Below are positions 55,663-63,930 of a stretch of DNA of 64,000 nucleotides, piece by piece. The stretch is taken from IMG/VR virus record IMGVR_UViG_3300027672_001796, one strand, 5' to 3'. A model generated the notes under the pieces. The model saw only the letters and a program-made list of their open reading frames with translations. It was not told where the DNA came from and made no database searches. Made by a program: the position numbers and the translations under genes. Every line of letters begins with the position of its first letter. Within the stretch, counting starts at the first letter, position 1. Origin of the DNA: a virus (lineage: Duplodnaviria > Caudoviricetes).

Positions 55663-56685
55663 ATGAGTAAATTACTTTGGGTCAAAGGACCTCATACCAC
55701 AGATCCAGAACGAGCAGTACAAATACAATGGAGTATGGGTAATACCTGTAACTACAGTTGTGATTACTGTCCACCTATTCTACACAATGGTACTAAGCCA
55801 TGGATGTCCACAGAACAATACATAAACGTAGTCGATAAAATCTCAGAACACTATAAAGCCGCTGGCAGATTTATGCATTGGGAGTTATTAGGTGGCGAAG
55901 TAACTACTATACCAAATTTTGAAGACATAATAAAACGTATAGCATATCACGGATCAAGTGTTACTATATATACTAACGGTAGCAGAACTATACGTTGGTG
56001 GGAAGAAGCTAAAACATATTTGTCAGGCGTAGTTATAACATATCACCCATTAACAATGGATGAACAGCATTTATATGATGTTGTTGCTACTCTAAAAGAT
56101 GCACTTGTAATGGATATAAACATAGCAGGCATTGGCGGACAAGTAGAGCAGTTAAGTACAGTTGCAGATAATTTACGAAACATGTTTACAGATGGAGTAC
56201 GCCAATCTGTCTACGATGTAAACATAACAATAAAAACTATGTACAACAAGTATTTGGGTGCAGATGCAAATCATAACCAGCAAACAACTTACTACGACTA
56301 TACTCCAGACGAAATAAAAATAATGCAACGTCCAGGAGTTTTACCTAATCCAAATCATACACCATCAGGTGACCCGGACGACAGCCAAGACCATCCAAAG
56401 TTTTGGAGTACAGAATTTATGTATGATGATGCTCCAGCAAAGTATGTACAGAGTCATCAAATTATAAATGAAGGACTAAACAAATTCAAAGGCATGAAAT
56501 GTGAATTAGGATTTGATAGTTTAAATATTGATATGAATGGCGAAGTAATTAGCAGTTGGTGTGGAGCAAAAAACTTTGGGAACATAACGCAATTAGATAA
56601 TTGGGAAATTCCAAAAGAGGAAACTCGTTGTCCTTACGAGTTTTGTAATAACCTAAACGACATCAGTATAACTAAAACTAATTAA
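55663..56685 (+). CDS. radical SAM protein with C-terminal SPASM/twitch-like Cys cluster
   Basis: CNYSCDYC, GGEVT, YTNGS and CELG...SWCG...CPYEFC; preceded by ATAAATA-N5-ATG. Confidence 0.9.
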   Translation: MSKLLWVKGPHTTDPERAVQIQWSMGNTCNYSCDYCPPILHNGTKPWMSTEQYINVVDKISEHYKAAGRFMHWELLGGEVTTIPNFEDIIKRIAYHGSSVTIYTNGSRTIRWWEEAKTYLSGVVITYHPLTMDEQHLYDVVATLKDALVMDINIAGIGGQVEQLSTVADNLRNMFTDGVRQSVYDVNITIKTMYNKYLGADANHNQQTTYYDYTPDEIKIMQRPGVLPNPNHTPSGDPDDSQDHPKFWSTEFMYDDAPAKYVQSHQIINEGLNKFKGMKCELGFDSLNIDMNGEVISSWCGAKNFGNITQLDNWEIPKEETRCPYEFCNNLNDISITKTN

Positions 56686-56800
56686 AAACTTCTGTTTATA
56701 AGCAAAAACTATATCGTTGTATAAATATCAACTATAGGCGATATTGTATATAATATTCTCCCAAGTTCATCATATCAACTCGCCACAGTAGGACACAGTA

Positions 56801-56902
56801 GTGAGTAAACAACGTTTGATAAAAATCCGAAGCCACATGGAAGTACTAGTGTTGCTTACGATTTTTATATCGTCTATATTTGCTTTGGCTCCTGCACTTT
56901 AG
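56801..56902 (+). CDS. 33-aa membrane peptide, not in the ORF track
   Basis: GTG start 7 nt after AGGA; MSKQRLIKIRSHMEVLVLLTIFISSIFALAPAL. Confidence 0.5.
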   Translation: MSKQRLIKIRSHMEVLVLLTIFISSIFALAPAL

Positions 56903-56911
56903 GAAAATATT

Positions 56912-57145
56912 ATGGGTTGGATAGAAAAAGAAACTATCGATGCCAGATTTATTTCAGACGATATGTTGGGTAAGAAGTTAAGAAGCGAAGTTATTAATAA
57001 GATGTGGAATTTGCCACTAGTTATTAAAACAGGATCATCTAAGGCAAACCCAGGTTTAAAGAATCAAGTATTTAATATACTCGACGACATGCATATCGCA
57101 GAAAGTCTGTGTAGAGATGACGAAATAGAAATAGTGAGAGTATAA
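56912..57145 (+). CDS. hypothetical protein
   Basis: 77-aa ORF with an AGGA SD. Confidence 0.65.
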   Translation: MGWIEKETIDARFISDDMLGKKLRSEVINKMWNLPLVIKTGSSKANPGLKNQVFNILDDMHIAESLCRDDEIEIVRV

Positions 57146-57313
57146 ATGAGAGACGCAACACCGGAAGAACATAAGGAATGGATGGAAACAGACTACTTTA
57201 TGGCAATGAAGTTTAATCCAATGGTGATGTTTGTAGTTATACCAGCACTGGTACAAATTACAGTGTTCGGTTTTATGCTATTATCCTTTGCAGTAACTAA
57301 TGTACTCTTTTAG
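57146..57313 (+). CDS. 55-aa membrane protein, not in the ORF track
   Basis: MRDATPEEHKEW...NPMVMFVVIPALVQITVFGFMLLSFAV; abuts the previous stop. Confidence 0.65.
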   Translation: MRDATPEEHKEWMETDYFMAMKFNPMVMFVVIPALVQITVFGFMLLSFAVTNVLF

Positions 57314-57467
57314 ACATATAAGTAAATTATTGTTAGGGGTAGGATCTGCAGAAGATGAAGATTTTGAAGTAACTCCGATTAAAATACTTATAACAGCATT
57401 ATTAGTTGCATTAGGCTTTCTCGGTACCGTGAGTGTGCTTATTTTAGTAGCAAGTCTGCTGATTTAA
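57300..57467 (+). CDS. 55-aa membrane protein, DUF2970-like
   Basis: LLLGVGSAEDEDFEVTPIKILITALL followed by a TM helix. Confidence 0.55.
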   Translation: MYSFRHISKLLLGVGSAEDEDFEVTPIKILITALLVALGFLGTVSVLILVASLLI

Positions 57468-57481
57468 ATATAAATAGTAGT

Positions 57482-58060
57482 ATGATCCCATACTACTTAG
57501 ATTTACCTCAACTAGATATACCCCAAGAGCTTGTTGAAAGCAAGTATGTACAACACCCTATGGACTTTTTATCCCCAAGCGGATCAGGCATGGGCGGAAA
57601 AAACTTTCAGTACAGAGGCGTACCAACTAATTGGTATTCTATTGTAAAAACTTATTTAGAAAGTGTGCTAACTATACCAGTGGGAAGTTTAACCCTGTTA
57701 AACACTAACAAAGACGCTAGTAGCCCATGGCATGCCGAAGGACCTAATACGTTTGGACGTAGGTGTGCATTAAACTTTATGGTTAGCGGAGACTTTGAAA
57801 AGTCTTATGTACAATGGTGTACAAGGGGAGAAGAAGAATTAGAAACAAATGACTCACGTGGTGCTTGGTGGGAAGATGACAACATGGAAGTACTTGCAGA
57901 ACATAGAATGACCATTGGCAAGCCGACCATTTATAACACTATGCATTGGCACAGAGTATTTAACTTCACAGACAACGATAGAATGGTTATTAGTATGGCT
58001 ATTAATGAGCCTATAGAAAAAATATACGAAATGTATGAAGCAGGAACATTACTCAAATGA
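57482..58060 (+). CDS. 2OG-Fe(II)/cupin-like oxygenase, paralog 1
   Basis: WHAEGP, CALNF, YNTMHWHR and RMVIS; preceded by ATAAATA-N5-ATG. Confidence 0.7.
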   Translation: MIPYYLDLPQLDIPQELVESKYVQHPMDFLSPSGSGMGGKNFQYRGVPTNWYSIVKTYLESVLTIPVGSLTLLNTNKDASSPWHAEGPNTFGRRCALNFMVSGDFEKSYVQWCTRGEEELETNDSRGAWWEDDNMEVLAEHRMTIGKPTIYNTMHWHRVFNFTDNDRMVISMAINEPIEKIYEMYEAGTLLK

Positions 58061-58812
58061 TGCCGTACTACTTTGAAGTACCAGAGATAACACTTCCGTT
58101 TGATGTGTTAAAATATCTAGATAACGCAAACCAGATCCTGCCGGCAGAATTCGCCCTGCGAGGGGACGTGGGCATGAAAAGAAATTCACAAGTGGATACT
58201 AATGCCGACTATGTATATAGTTTAGCTCAAGGTAAAACAAGTTCCAAAGAAGCTGGGTGGTATTTAGAAGGCTTCGGAGGAGGAAATCCAAACCAACAAA
58301 ATACGCCAGATACAGCGAATGACGGCACCGGCATGACCGAAGAACAAAATGCTGAGATGAGTAAAGAATTAAATGCATGGGCTAACGATTTATTAGACAT
58401 TAGAATGACTAGTGTTAGTTTATTAAGAAGTTTACCAGGCAAAAATGGCTGGTGGCATTGTGAAGGACCATCATTACGCAGTAGAAGATGTGCATTAAAC
58501 TTTCTTGTAGAAGGAGAAGTAGGCACAACTAAAGCACAATGGGGATATAATAAAAATTGGGGGAATGTTGCACCCGAGCAAGTTGAAAGAATGGGGTATG
58601 TTAAAACAGCAGATGTTGAACATATCGAAGTATTAGACGAATATGTTTCTCCAGTACTTAATAGAGGATTCTTTTATAATACTATGTATTTACATCGTAG
58701 TTTCAATGAGGAATGTACTAAGCATAGAACAATATGTAGTATCGCAGTTGCTGAAAACATAGATATAAATATAGTACATAAGAAGTATTTAAAAGGAACA
58801 CTATTCAAATGA
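58057..58812 (+). CDS. 2OG-Fe(II)/cupin-like oxygenase, paralog 2
   Basis: WHCEGP, CALNF, YNTMYLHR and RTICS. Confidence 0.7.
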   Translation: MMPYYFEVPEITLPFDVLKYLDNANQILPAEFALRGDVGMKRNSQVDTNADYVYSLAQGKTSSKEAGWYLEGFGGGNPNQQNTPDTANDGTGMTEEQNAEMSKELNAWANDLLDIRMTSVSLLRSLPGKNGWWHCEGPSLRSRRCALNFLVEGEVGTTKAQWGYNKNWGNVAPEQVERMGYVKTADVEHIEVLDEYVSPVLNRGFFYNTMYLHRSFNEECTKHRTICSIAVAENIDINIVHKKYLKGTLFK

Positions 58813-59519
58813 GAAACGAGCTACCATATTATTTCGAAGTACCAGAAATGCCTAAGATACCATTTGATGTTTCTCAATACTATATTCCAGATGAAGATAG
58901 ATTGGTTGCACAAGAAGATAAAAAGAACTTAGACGATATACAGGGTGTAAAGAGTAGAAGCCAGAGTGCAAACTGGTACCAAAGTTATATGAATGTAGAA
59001 GAAAATAGTAGAGGACAAAACAAGCGAGACTTTAAAGAAGTTAACTTGTATGAAGAAGTTGATTTTGAACTTACTAAGCTCATGAAAGAATTTTTAGGCG
59101 ATACATTACATTTACGATTTAACAGTATCCTTATGTTACGAACTCCAGCAAACTGTAACAGCAGATGGCATTGTGAAGGACCTGTATTCCATACTAGACA
59201 ATGTGCATTAAACTTTCCTGTATTTGGCAACGCTGATGTAATGGAAGGACAGTGGGCAACATTCCCACGTTTTAAAGATATTCCTGCAAGGGAAAATGAA
59301 AAGATGGGATTCGTTACTAAGACAGATATGGAAAATACTGAAATATTATGTAAGTGGGACAAGCCAACGATGCCAGCATTTTATAACACAATGATATTCC
59401 ATAGAGGAATGAATGAACATAGCAACATAGATAGAGTAGTACTAAGTTGTGCCGTAGAAGACTTCAGCGATATTAATGTAGTTCATAGAAAATACTCCAC
59501 CGGCAAACTTTTTAAATAG
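58809..59519 (+). CDS. 2OG-Fe(II)/cupin-like oxygenase, paralog 3
   Basis: WHCEGP, CALNF, YNTMIFHR and RVVLS. Confidence 0.7.
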   Translation: MRNELPYYFEVPEMPKIPFDVSQYYIPDEDRLVAQEDKKNLDDIQGVKSRSQSANWYQSYMNVEENSRGQNKRDFKEVNLYEEVDFELTKLMKEFLGDTLHLRFNSILMLRTPANCNSRWHCEGPVFHTRQCALNFPVFGNADVMEGQWATFPRFKDIPARENEKMGFVTKTDMENTEILCKWDKPTMPAFYNTMIFHRGMNEHSNIDRVVLSCAVEDFSDINVVHRKYSTGKLFK

Positions 59520-59612
59520 CAAAGCATAGTTTTAACTCCATGCTTATTTCATGATAAATATAAGCAACATATTACTATTAGTTATTAACTAGTAGGCAAA
59601 GGAGTATATGCA

Positions 59613-59774
59613 ATGTCAAATAAGACACCGTACGAAATTAGATTGGAACTTATACAAGAAGCAAGACTAATTTTACAAGCAAAAGCTGGCAAGGCTGAAA
59701 ACATGCCAAGCACCGAAGAAGTAATAACAGAAGCCGAAAAACTGAATTCATTCATCAGCAAAAAACCTCAGTAA
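59613..59774 (+). CDS. 53-aa conserved T4-type phage protein, not in the ORF track
   Basis: AAGGAG SD; MSNKTPYEIRLELIQEAR...PSTEEVITEAEKLNSFIS. Confidence 0.75.
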   Translation: MSNKTPYEIRLELIQEARLILQAKAGKAENMPSTEEVITEAEKLNSFISKKPQ

Positions 59775-59801
59775 CATTCAAACCACTTTTAGTCATTTGT
59801 A

Positions 59802-59830
59802 TTGACTTGTTAGATTAAATATAGTATAAT
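59802..59830 (+). promoter_or_regulatory. sigma70-type promoter
   Basis: TTGACT-N17-TATAAT. Confidence 0.8.
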
Positions 59831-59871
59831 AACAAATATTGTATTGAAAACAACAGGAAGAACATTACAAA

Positions 59872-60783
59872 ATGGCTAAAAAAGAATCAAAATCATCAAG
59901 TAACGACCCAGACAAACTATCAACGGATCTTCCAGTAAAAGATGCCCAAGATAGTGATGTACTATACAACTTGCTTGACGCAAAAATAGAAATCCCTATT
60001 CAAGTATTACGTGATAAGCATATCTTTATTGCAACGCCTTGTTATGGCGGACAGTTAGGCGAACCGTACTTTAGAAGTATGATGAAACTTGCTATTTTAT
60101 GCAACCAGTATGATATTAATTTTACTGTTAGTACATTAGCAAATGAAAGTCTAATCACTAGAGGCAGAAACACACTAGTTAGTTTCTTTATGGAACATCC
60201 AGAAGCAACTCACTTATTCTTTGTTGATGCTGATATCGAATTTGACCCTAACGACATGTTAAGAATGGTTGCATACGATAAGCCAGTAGTAGTAGGAGCA
60301 TATCCTAAGAAAGCAATTAACTGGAATAGTATTATTAAAGCCGCCAGAGATGGCACAGAAGAAGATCAGCACACAATTGAAGGGCATAGCTCAAACTATG
60401 TTGTAAACTTTGATTTTTGTAAAGACGACGATGGCAAACCAGTTAACCAAATACAAATTAGAGACAATTTAATCAAACTAAAAGATGCTGGCACAGGCTT
60501 TATGTGTATTCAGAGAGAAGTTATACAAAAGATGTTTGATCATCACCCGGAACTATCATACGCAAATGACATTAATGTGGATCAGAAGTTTGAAAAACAC
60601 ATGTATGCATTGTTTGACTGTATTATTGATCCAGAAAGCAGACGTTACTTGTCAGAAGACTATACTTTCTGCAGACGTTGGCAAGATATGGATGGGGAAG
60701 TTTTCCTTGATCCTAGAACAGCACTTAATCACGTGGGGCATTATACGTTCCGTGGAAATATTAGAAAATTAATCACAGGTTAA
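59872..60783 (+). CDS. GT-A fold glycosyltransferase-like protein
   Basis: FIATPCYGG, ESLITRGRN, FFVDADIEF, GTGFM and LSEDYTFC. Confidence 0.8.
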   Translation: MAKKESKSSSNDPDKLSTDLPVKDAQDSDVLYNLLDAKIEIPIQVLRDKHIFIATPCYGGQLGEPYFRSMMKLAILCNQYDINFTVSTLANESLITRGRNTLVSFFMEHPEATHLFFVDADIEFDPNDMLRMVAYDKPVVVGAYPKKAINWNSIIKAARDGTEEDQHTIEGHSSNYVVNFDFCKDDDGKPVNQIQIRDNLIKLKDAGTGFMCIQREVIQKMFDHHPELSYANDINVDQKFEKHMYALFDCIIDPESRRYLSEDYTFCRRWQDMDGEVFLDPRTALNHVGHYTFRGNIRKLITG

Positions 60784-60787
60784 CACA

Positions 60788-61687
60788 ATGGAAAAGGCAG
60801 AAATTACAATAAACGAACCAGGCATAATCAGTATTATTTTACCCACCCGTGGTAGAGTAACAAGTGGAGCATTAGAACGTAGTTTGCTTTCATTACTAGA
60901 TAACGCAGAACATCCACAACGTATTGAAATTATGTTGGGTATAGATGAAGACGACCAAGAGTCGTTAGACTGGTTAGAAAACACAGCAAAGGATTTTGTT
61001 GCTCCGTATAAATGTGGATTAAAAGCAAAAGTATTTAAACCTTTGGGTTATAAGCAATTGCATGTATATGTTAACGTACTATCACATAGTAGTGGTGGCG
61101 AGTGGCTGTTCCTTTGGAACGATGATGCAATTATGCAGACACAAGGTTGGGATCTAGAAGTAGATACACATAACGGAGAGTTCGAGTTATTAGCACCAAG
61201 TGATAACCATGACCACCCAATGGCTATTTTCCCTCTTATCCCTATGGATTGGTTTACACTATGCGACTGTTGGAGTATGAACTCTCAAAATGATACATGG
61301 GTTAGCCAAATTGCAAAAATGAATAACATCTTTACTCGTTGTGAGTTTACAGTATTACACGACCGAGCTGACCTTACTGGTGAAAACGATGATAAAACTT
61401 TTGCAGATAGAGAATACATGGAAGGCAATCCAGAAGACCCAAACGACTTTAATCATCCAAGCATGAGTCAAGCAAGAATGCATCATGCTACTAAAATTGA
61501 CTGGTTCCTTAAACGTACTAAGCAGATTACTGCACCTAGTTACTTTGAGGATATGCTACAAGGCAAAGTTAATCCGTTTGCAAACCTAACAGACGGTCAC
61601 AACCCAAAAGGAGCTGGACAACTTACCAGCATTAACTCAGAAACTACACATACACCAATGCCAGACGACACGGTATTGAAACTTTAG
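60788..61687 (+). CDS. GT2-family glycosyltransferase-like protein
   Basis: ISIILPTRGR, GIDEDD and LFLWNDDA. Confidence 0.75.
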   Translation: MEKAEITINEPGIISIILPTRGRVTSGALERSLLSLLDNAEHPQRIEIMLGIDEDDQESLDWLENTAKDFVAPYKCGLKAKVFKPLGYKQLHVYVNVLSHSSGGEWLFLWNDDAIMQTQGWDLEVDTHNGEFELLAPSDNHDHPMAIFPLIPMDWFTLCDCWSMNSQNDTWVSQIAKMNNIFTRCEFTVLHDRADLTGENDDKTFADREYMEGNPEDPNDFNHPSMSQARMHHATKIDWFLKRTKQITAPSYFEDMLQGKVNPFANLTDGHNPKGAGQLTSINSETTHTPMPDDTVLKL

Positions 61688-61688
61688 T

Positions 61689-62486
61689 ATGTCGTTATTT
61701 CCTAGACAACCTAGGTTACGATTCTTTGATTTGATGCACGATTCACCCGACTGGAATAAATCGTCCATCTTGGATATCGGCGGCAATAGAGGAAATCTAT
61801 TATTAGACTCATCGGATATGAATCAGTTAGAGAGTAGAAAGTTTCAACCAGAACAGTACACTTGCCTAGATGTAGACTTAGAAGCAATTGAATACGGCAA
61901 AACTACACACCCAACTGCAAACTGGATACACCATAATGCATTTAATAATGTGTATAATCCAAACGGCATGGATGAATTACCGTTACCCTTTGAGAACAAC
62001 TCGTTTGACATAATATGTGCCTATAGTGTTTATAGTCATACTACATTCAAACAGTTTATACACGACCTCATAGAGATTCTAAGAGTATGTAAGACAGGTG
62101 GAAGTATAGCAATAACACTTGTAGACATAGGATCAGCTGAATGGTTCATTGAAAAGAGAAAAGTAGATTACGATGTTAAAAGACCACCAATTATAATAGA
62201 AGATATAAAAGCAGTAGGACCGTTGGATTACGTTTACTATGTTGACAACGATTTATTAATAGATGAAATTTACTCTAGGAACAAAATGGACTACTTGGTA
62301 ACTGTTTATAGCTTGAAATGGTTATCTGACTTCCTAAGTAAAATAAACATCAAAAACACAATTAAATACCCACCCCAAGGGCATGTTCAACGTTCGCTAG
62401 TTATTAAGAATAACGACATTGACATTGCTAAACTAAAAGAAAAATATAATAGTCATGCCAATTTAGTTGACATGCTATCACTATGA
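61689..62486 (+). CDS. class I SAM-dependent methyltransferase
   Basis: ILDIGGNRG, CLDVD and FENNSFDIICAYSVYSH. Confidence 0.85.
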   Translation: MSLFPRQPRLRFFDLMHDSPDWNKSSILDIGGNRGNLLLDSSDMNQLESRKFQPEQYTCLDVDLEAIEYGKTTHPTANWIHHNAFNNVYNPNGMDELPLPFENNSFDIICAYSVYSHTTFKQFIHDLIEILRVCKTGGSIAITLVDIGSAEWFIEKRKVDYDVKRPPIIIEDIKAVGPLDYVYYVDNDLLIDEIYSRNKMDYLVTVYSLKWLSDFLSKINIKNTIKYPPQGHVQRSLVIKNNDIDIAKLKEKYNSHANLVDMLSL

Positions 62487-62495
62487 ATGTATAAT
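62467..62495 (+). promoter_or_regulatory. sigma70-type promoter, leaderless gene and tRNA region
   Basis: TTGACA-N17-TATAAT; ATG 6 nt downstream. Confidence 0.8.
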
Positions 62496-62501
62496 ACGCT
62501 T

Positions 62502-62732
62502 ATGAAAAACGAAAACGAAGAAGAAACATCCGCAAATTTAGATATACAAGAAATTTGCCGAAAACATAACGTTGGAAGACACGACCTATGTTTAATTGCA
62601 ACTCAGGTTGCAAGACTAGGAAACTTCCGTCCAGCAGAAGCATTACAGAAATTATATGAATGTAATGATTTACAGGAATATATGGTATCCTTAAATTTCT
62701 CTCAGGAGATAAACATGGATAACCATAATTAG
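62502..62732 (+). CDS. hypothetical protein
   Basis: 76-aa ORF from ATG 62502. Confidence 0.55.
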   Translation: MKNENEEETSANLDIQEICRKHNVGRHDLCLIATQVARLGNFRPAEALQKLYECNDLQEYMVSLNFSQEINMDNHN

Positions 62733-62744
62733 AGTTTAGAGTTT

Positions 62745-62857
62745 TGAGGTGCCCGAGTGGTATTTCGTATATTAGGTGGGATAGTGCAGTAAAATGCATC
62801 ATGAAAAAGAGTTGTAACGACCATGCCCAGTAAAGTCCTTAAGTGTACCGCACCTCA
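62745..62857 (+). ncRNA. unidentified structured RNA at the head of the tRNA cluster
   Basis: Closing 8-bp helix TGAGGTGC/GCACCTCA enclosing several internal hairpins; no T-arm or CCA. Confidence 0.55.
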
Positions 62858-62866
62858 CATTTGTTT

Positions 62867-62941
62867 GCTCCCTTCGTCTAGTGGTTAGGACACCGGGTTT
62901 TCATCTCGGCAACAGGAGTTCGACTCTCCTAGGGAGTACCA
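62867..62941 (+). tRNA. trnE: tRNA-Glu(UUC)
   Basis: Acceptor GCTCCCT/AGGGAGT, anticodon loop TT-TTC-AT, GTTCGAC T-loop and encoded CCA. Confidence 0.95.
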
Positions 62942-62994
62942 TTATACTATTAAGTATACGGTAATAAGCGATAAGTAGTAAGAAGAAAGTTTAG

Positions 62995-63070
62995 GCTCCT
63001 TTAGCTCAGTTGGTAGAGCAACTGATTTGTAATCAGTAGGTCAACCGTTCGAATCGGTTAAGGAGCTCCA
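62995..63070 (+). tRNA. trnT: tRNA-Thr(UGU)
   Basis: Acceptor GCTCCTT/AAGGAGC, ACTGA-TTTGTAA-TCAGT, TTCGAAT and encoded CCA. Confidence 0.95.
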
Positions 63071-63081
63071 CCCAGTAAGCC

Positions 63082-63156
63082 GCGGGTTTCGTATAATGGT
63101 TATTATAAGAGGTTTCCAACCTTTTGACGAGAGTTCGATCCTCTCAACCCGCTCCA
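63082..63156 (+). tRNA. trnG: tRNA-Gly(UCC)
   Basis: Acceptor GCGGGTT/AACCCGC, anticodon loop TT-TCC-AA, TTCGATC and encoded CCA. Confidence 0.93.
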
Positions 63157-63157
63157 C

Positions 63158-63186
63158 TTGACAAGCACCACTAATTATAGTATAAT
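63158..63186 (+). promoter_or_regulatory. sigma70-type promoter, leaderless gene
   Basis: TTGACA-N17-TATAAT; ATG 7 nt downstream. Confidence 0.85.
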
Positions 63187-63193
63187 AAACGCT

Positions 63194-63541
63194 ATGGGAC
63201 AATATACTGACAAGATTAATCAAATATCAGAAGACTTTAAGGTCATCGATGACGGTGAATCAGTCAATGCTCTACAAGCCTACAATGGAGTGATGATAAT
63301 ATCATACAATCACGGTGGGCAAACTATTGAAGTATTACGGGACGATATCGAGTATCAGGGCGTACAATATCCCGAAGGGCATATAATAATTGAACCACCA
63401 ACAGATCCGTACTATATCAAGCTCAAAGCTAAGTATGAGGGCAAGCCAAGTTGGGCAGAACGCCTTGCAAAATGGCACAGAAACCGTAAAAAAGTGAGAA
63501 ATGACAAAAAACTTACCAAAAATAGTGGTAAAAAAGGTTGA
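63194..63541 (+). CDS. hypothetical protein
   Basis: ORF from ATG 63194; the longer track start overlaps the promoter. Confidence 0.6.
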   Translation: MGQYTDKINQISEDFKVIDDGESVNALQAYNGVMIISYNHGGQTIEVLRDDIEYQGVQYPEGHIIIEPPTDPYYIKLKAKYEGKPSWAERLAKWHRNRKKVRNDKKLTKNSGKKG

Positions 63542-63566
63542 CTTAGACCCCATATACCTGTATAAT
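63513..63566 (+). promoter_or_regulatory. early promoter cassette P3 with upstream palindrome
   Basis: TTACCA-N7-TGGTAA (63513-31), then TTGACT (63538)-N17-TATAAT (63561), followed by a GGGGA SD. Confidence 0.85.
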
Positions 63567-63602
63567 ATACATATATTAAGCAATAAGGGAAAGGGGAAAA
63601 AC

Positions 63603-63923
63603 ATGCAAATATCAAATGAAATGGGAAGAGCGTTTAACAAGGCTATTACTAATCCAGAAAATTTCAACAAAGATGGTTCTGTTAACTGGAACTTCATAGA
63701 TGCTGATTGTTATATGGATGTTAAACCTGACGACAGTCCATTGTTTAACACACGTGAAGAAGGTCAATCATATATTGATCAATTCGATTACCTTGCTGAT
63801 GTATGGGAAGGAAAGTATACTGTTCACCAAGTACGTCAGAACCGTATCCAGATTATGCCAGTTACGAATCCAGACTTAATACTGGACCCAAGTAAGCCAG
63901 CATATATAGTAAAAACATTATAA
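63603..63923 (+). CDS. small early hypothetical protein
   Basis: ATG 63603 after AAGGGGA; AITNPENFNKDGSVNWNFIDADCYMD. Confidence 0.75.
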   Translation: MQISNEMGRAFNKAITNPENFNKDGSVNWNFIDADCYMDVKPDDSPLFNTREEGQSYIDQFDYLADVWEGKYTVHQVRQNRIQIMPVTNPDLILDPSKPAYIVKTL

Positions 63924-63930
63924 TAAAAGG

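Noticed and set aside
62745-62857. Ordinary tRNA or tRNA-Sec
   Set aside because: There is no T-arm, no 7-nt anticodon loop and no CCA; kept only as an unknown ncRNA.
63501-63602. ORF-track 5' extensions (also 4246, 25553, 26010, 26664, 26977, 53421, 63158)
   Set aside because: These extensions run through promoters, terminators or upstream genes; downstream ATGs with an SD or leaderless geometry fit better.
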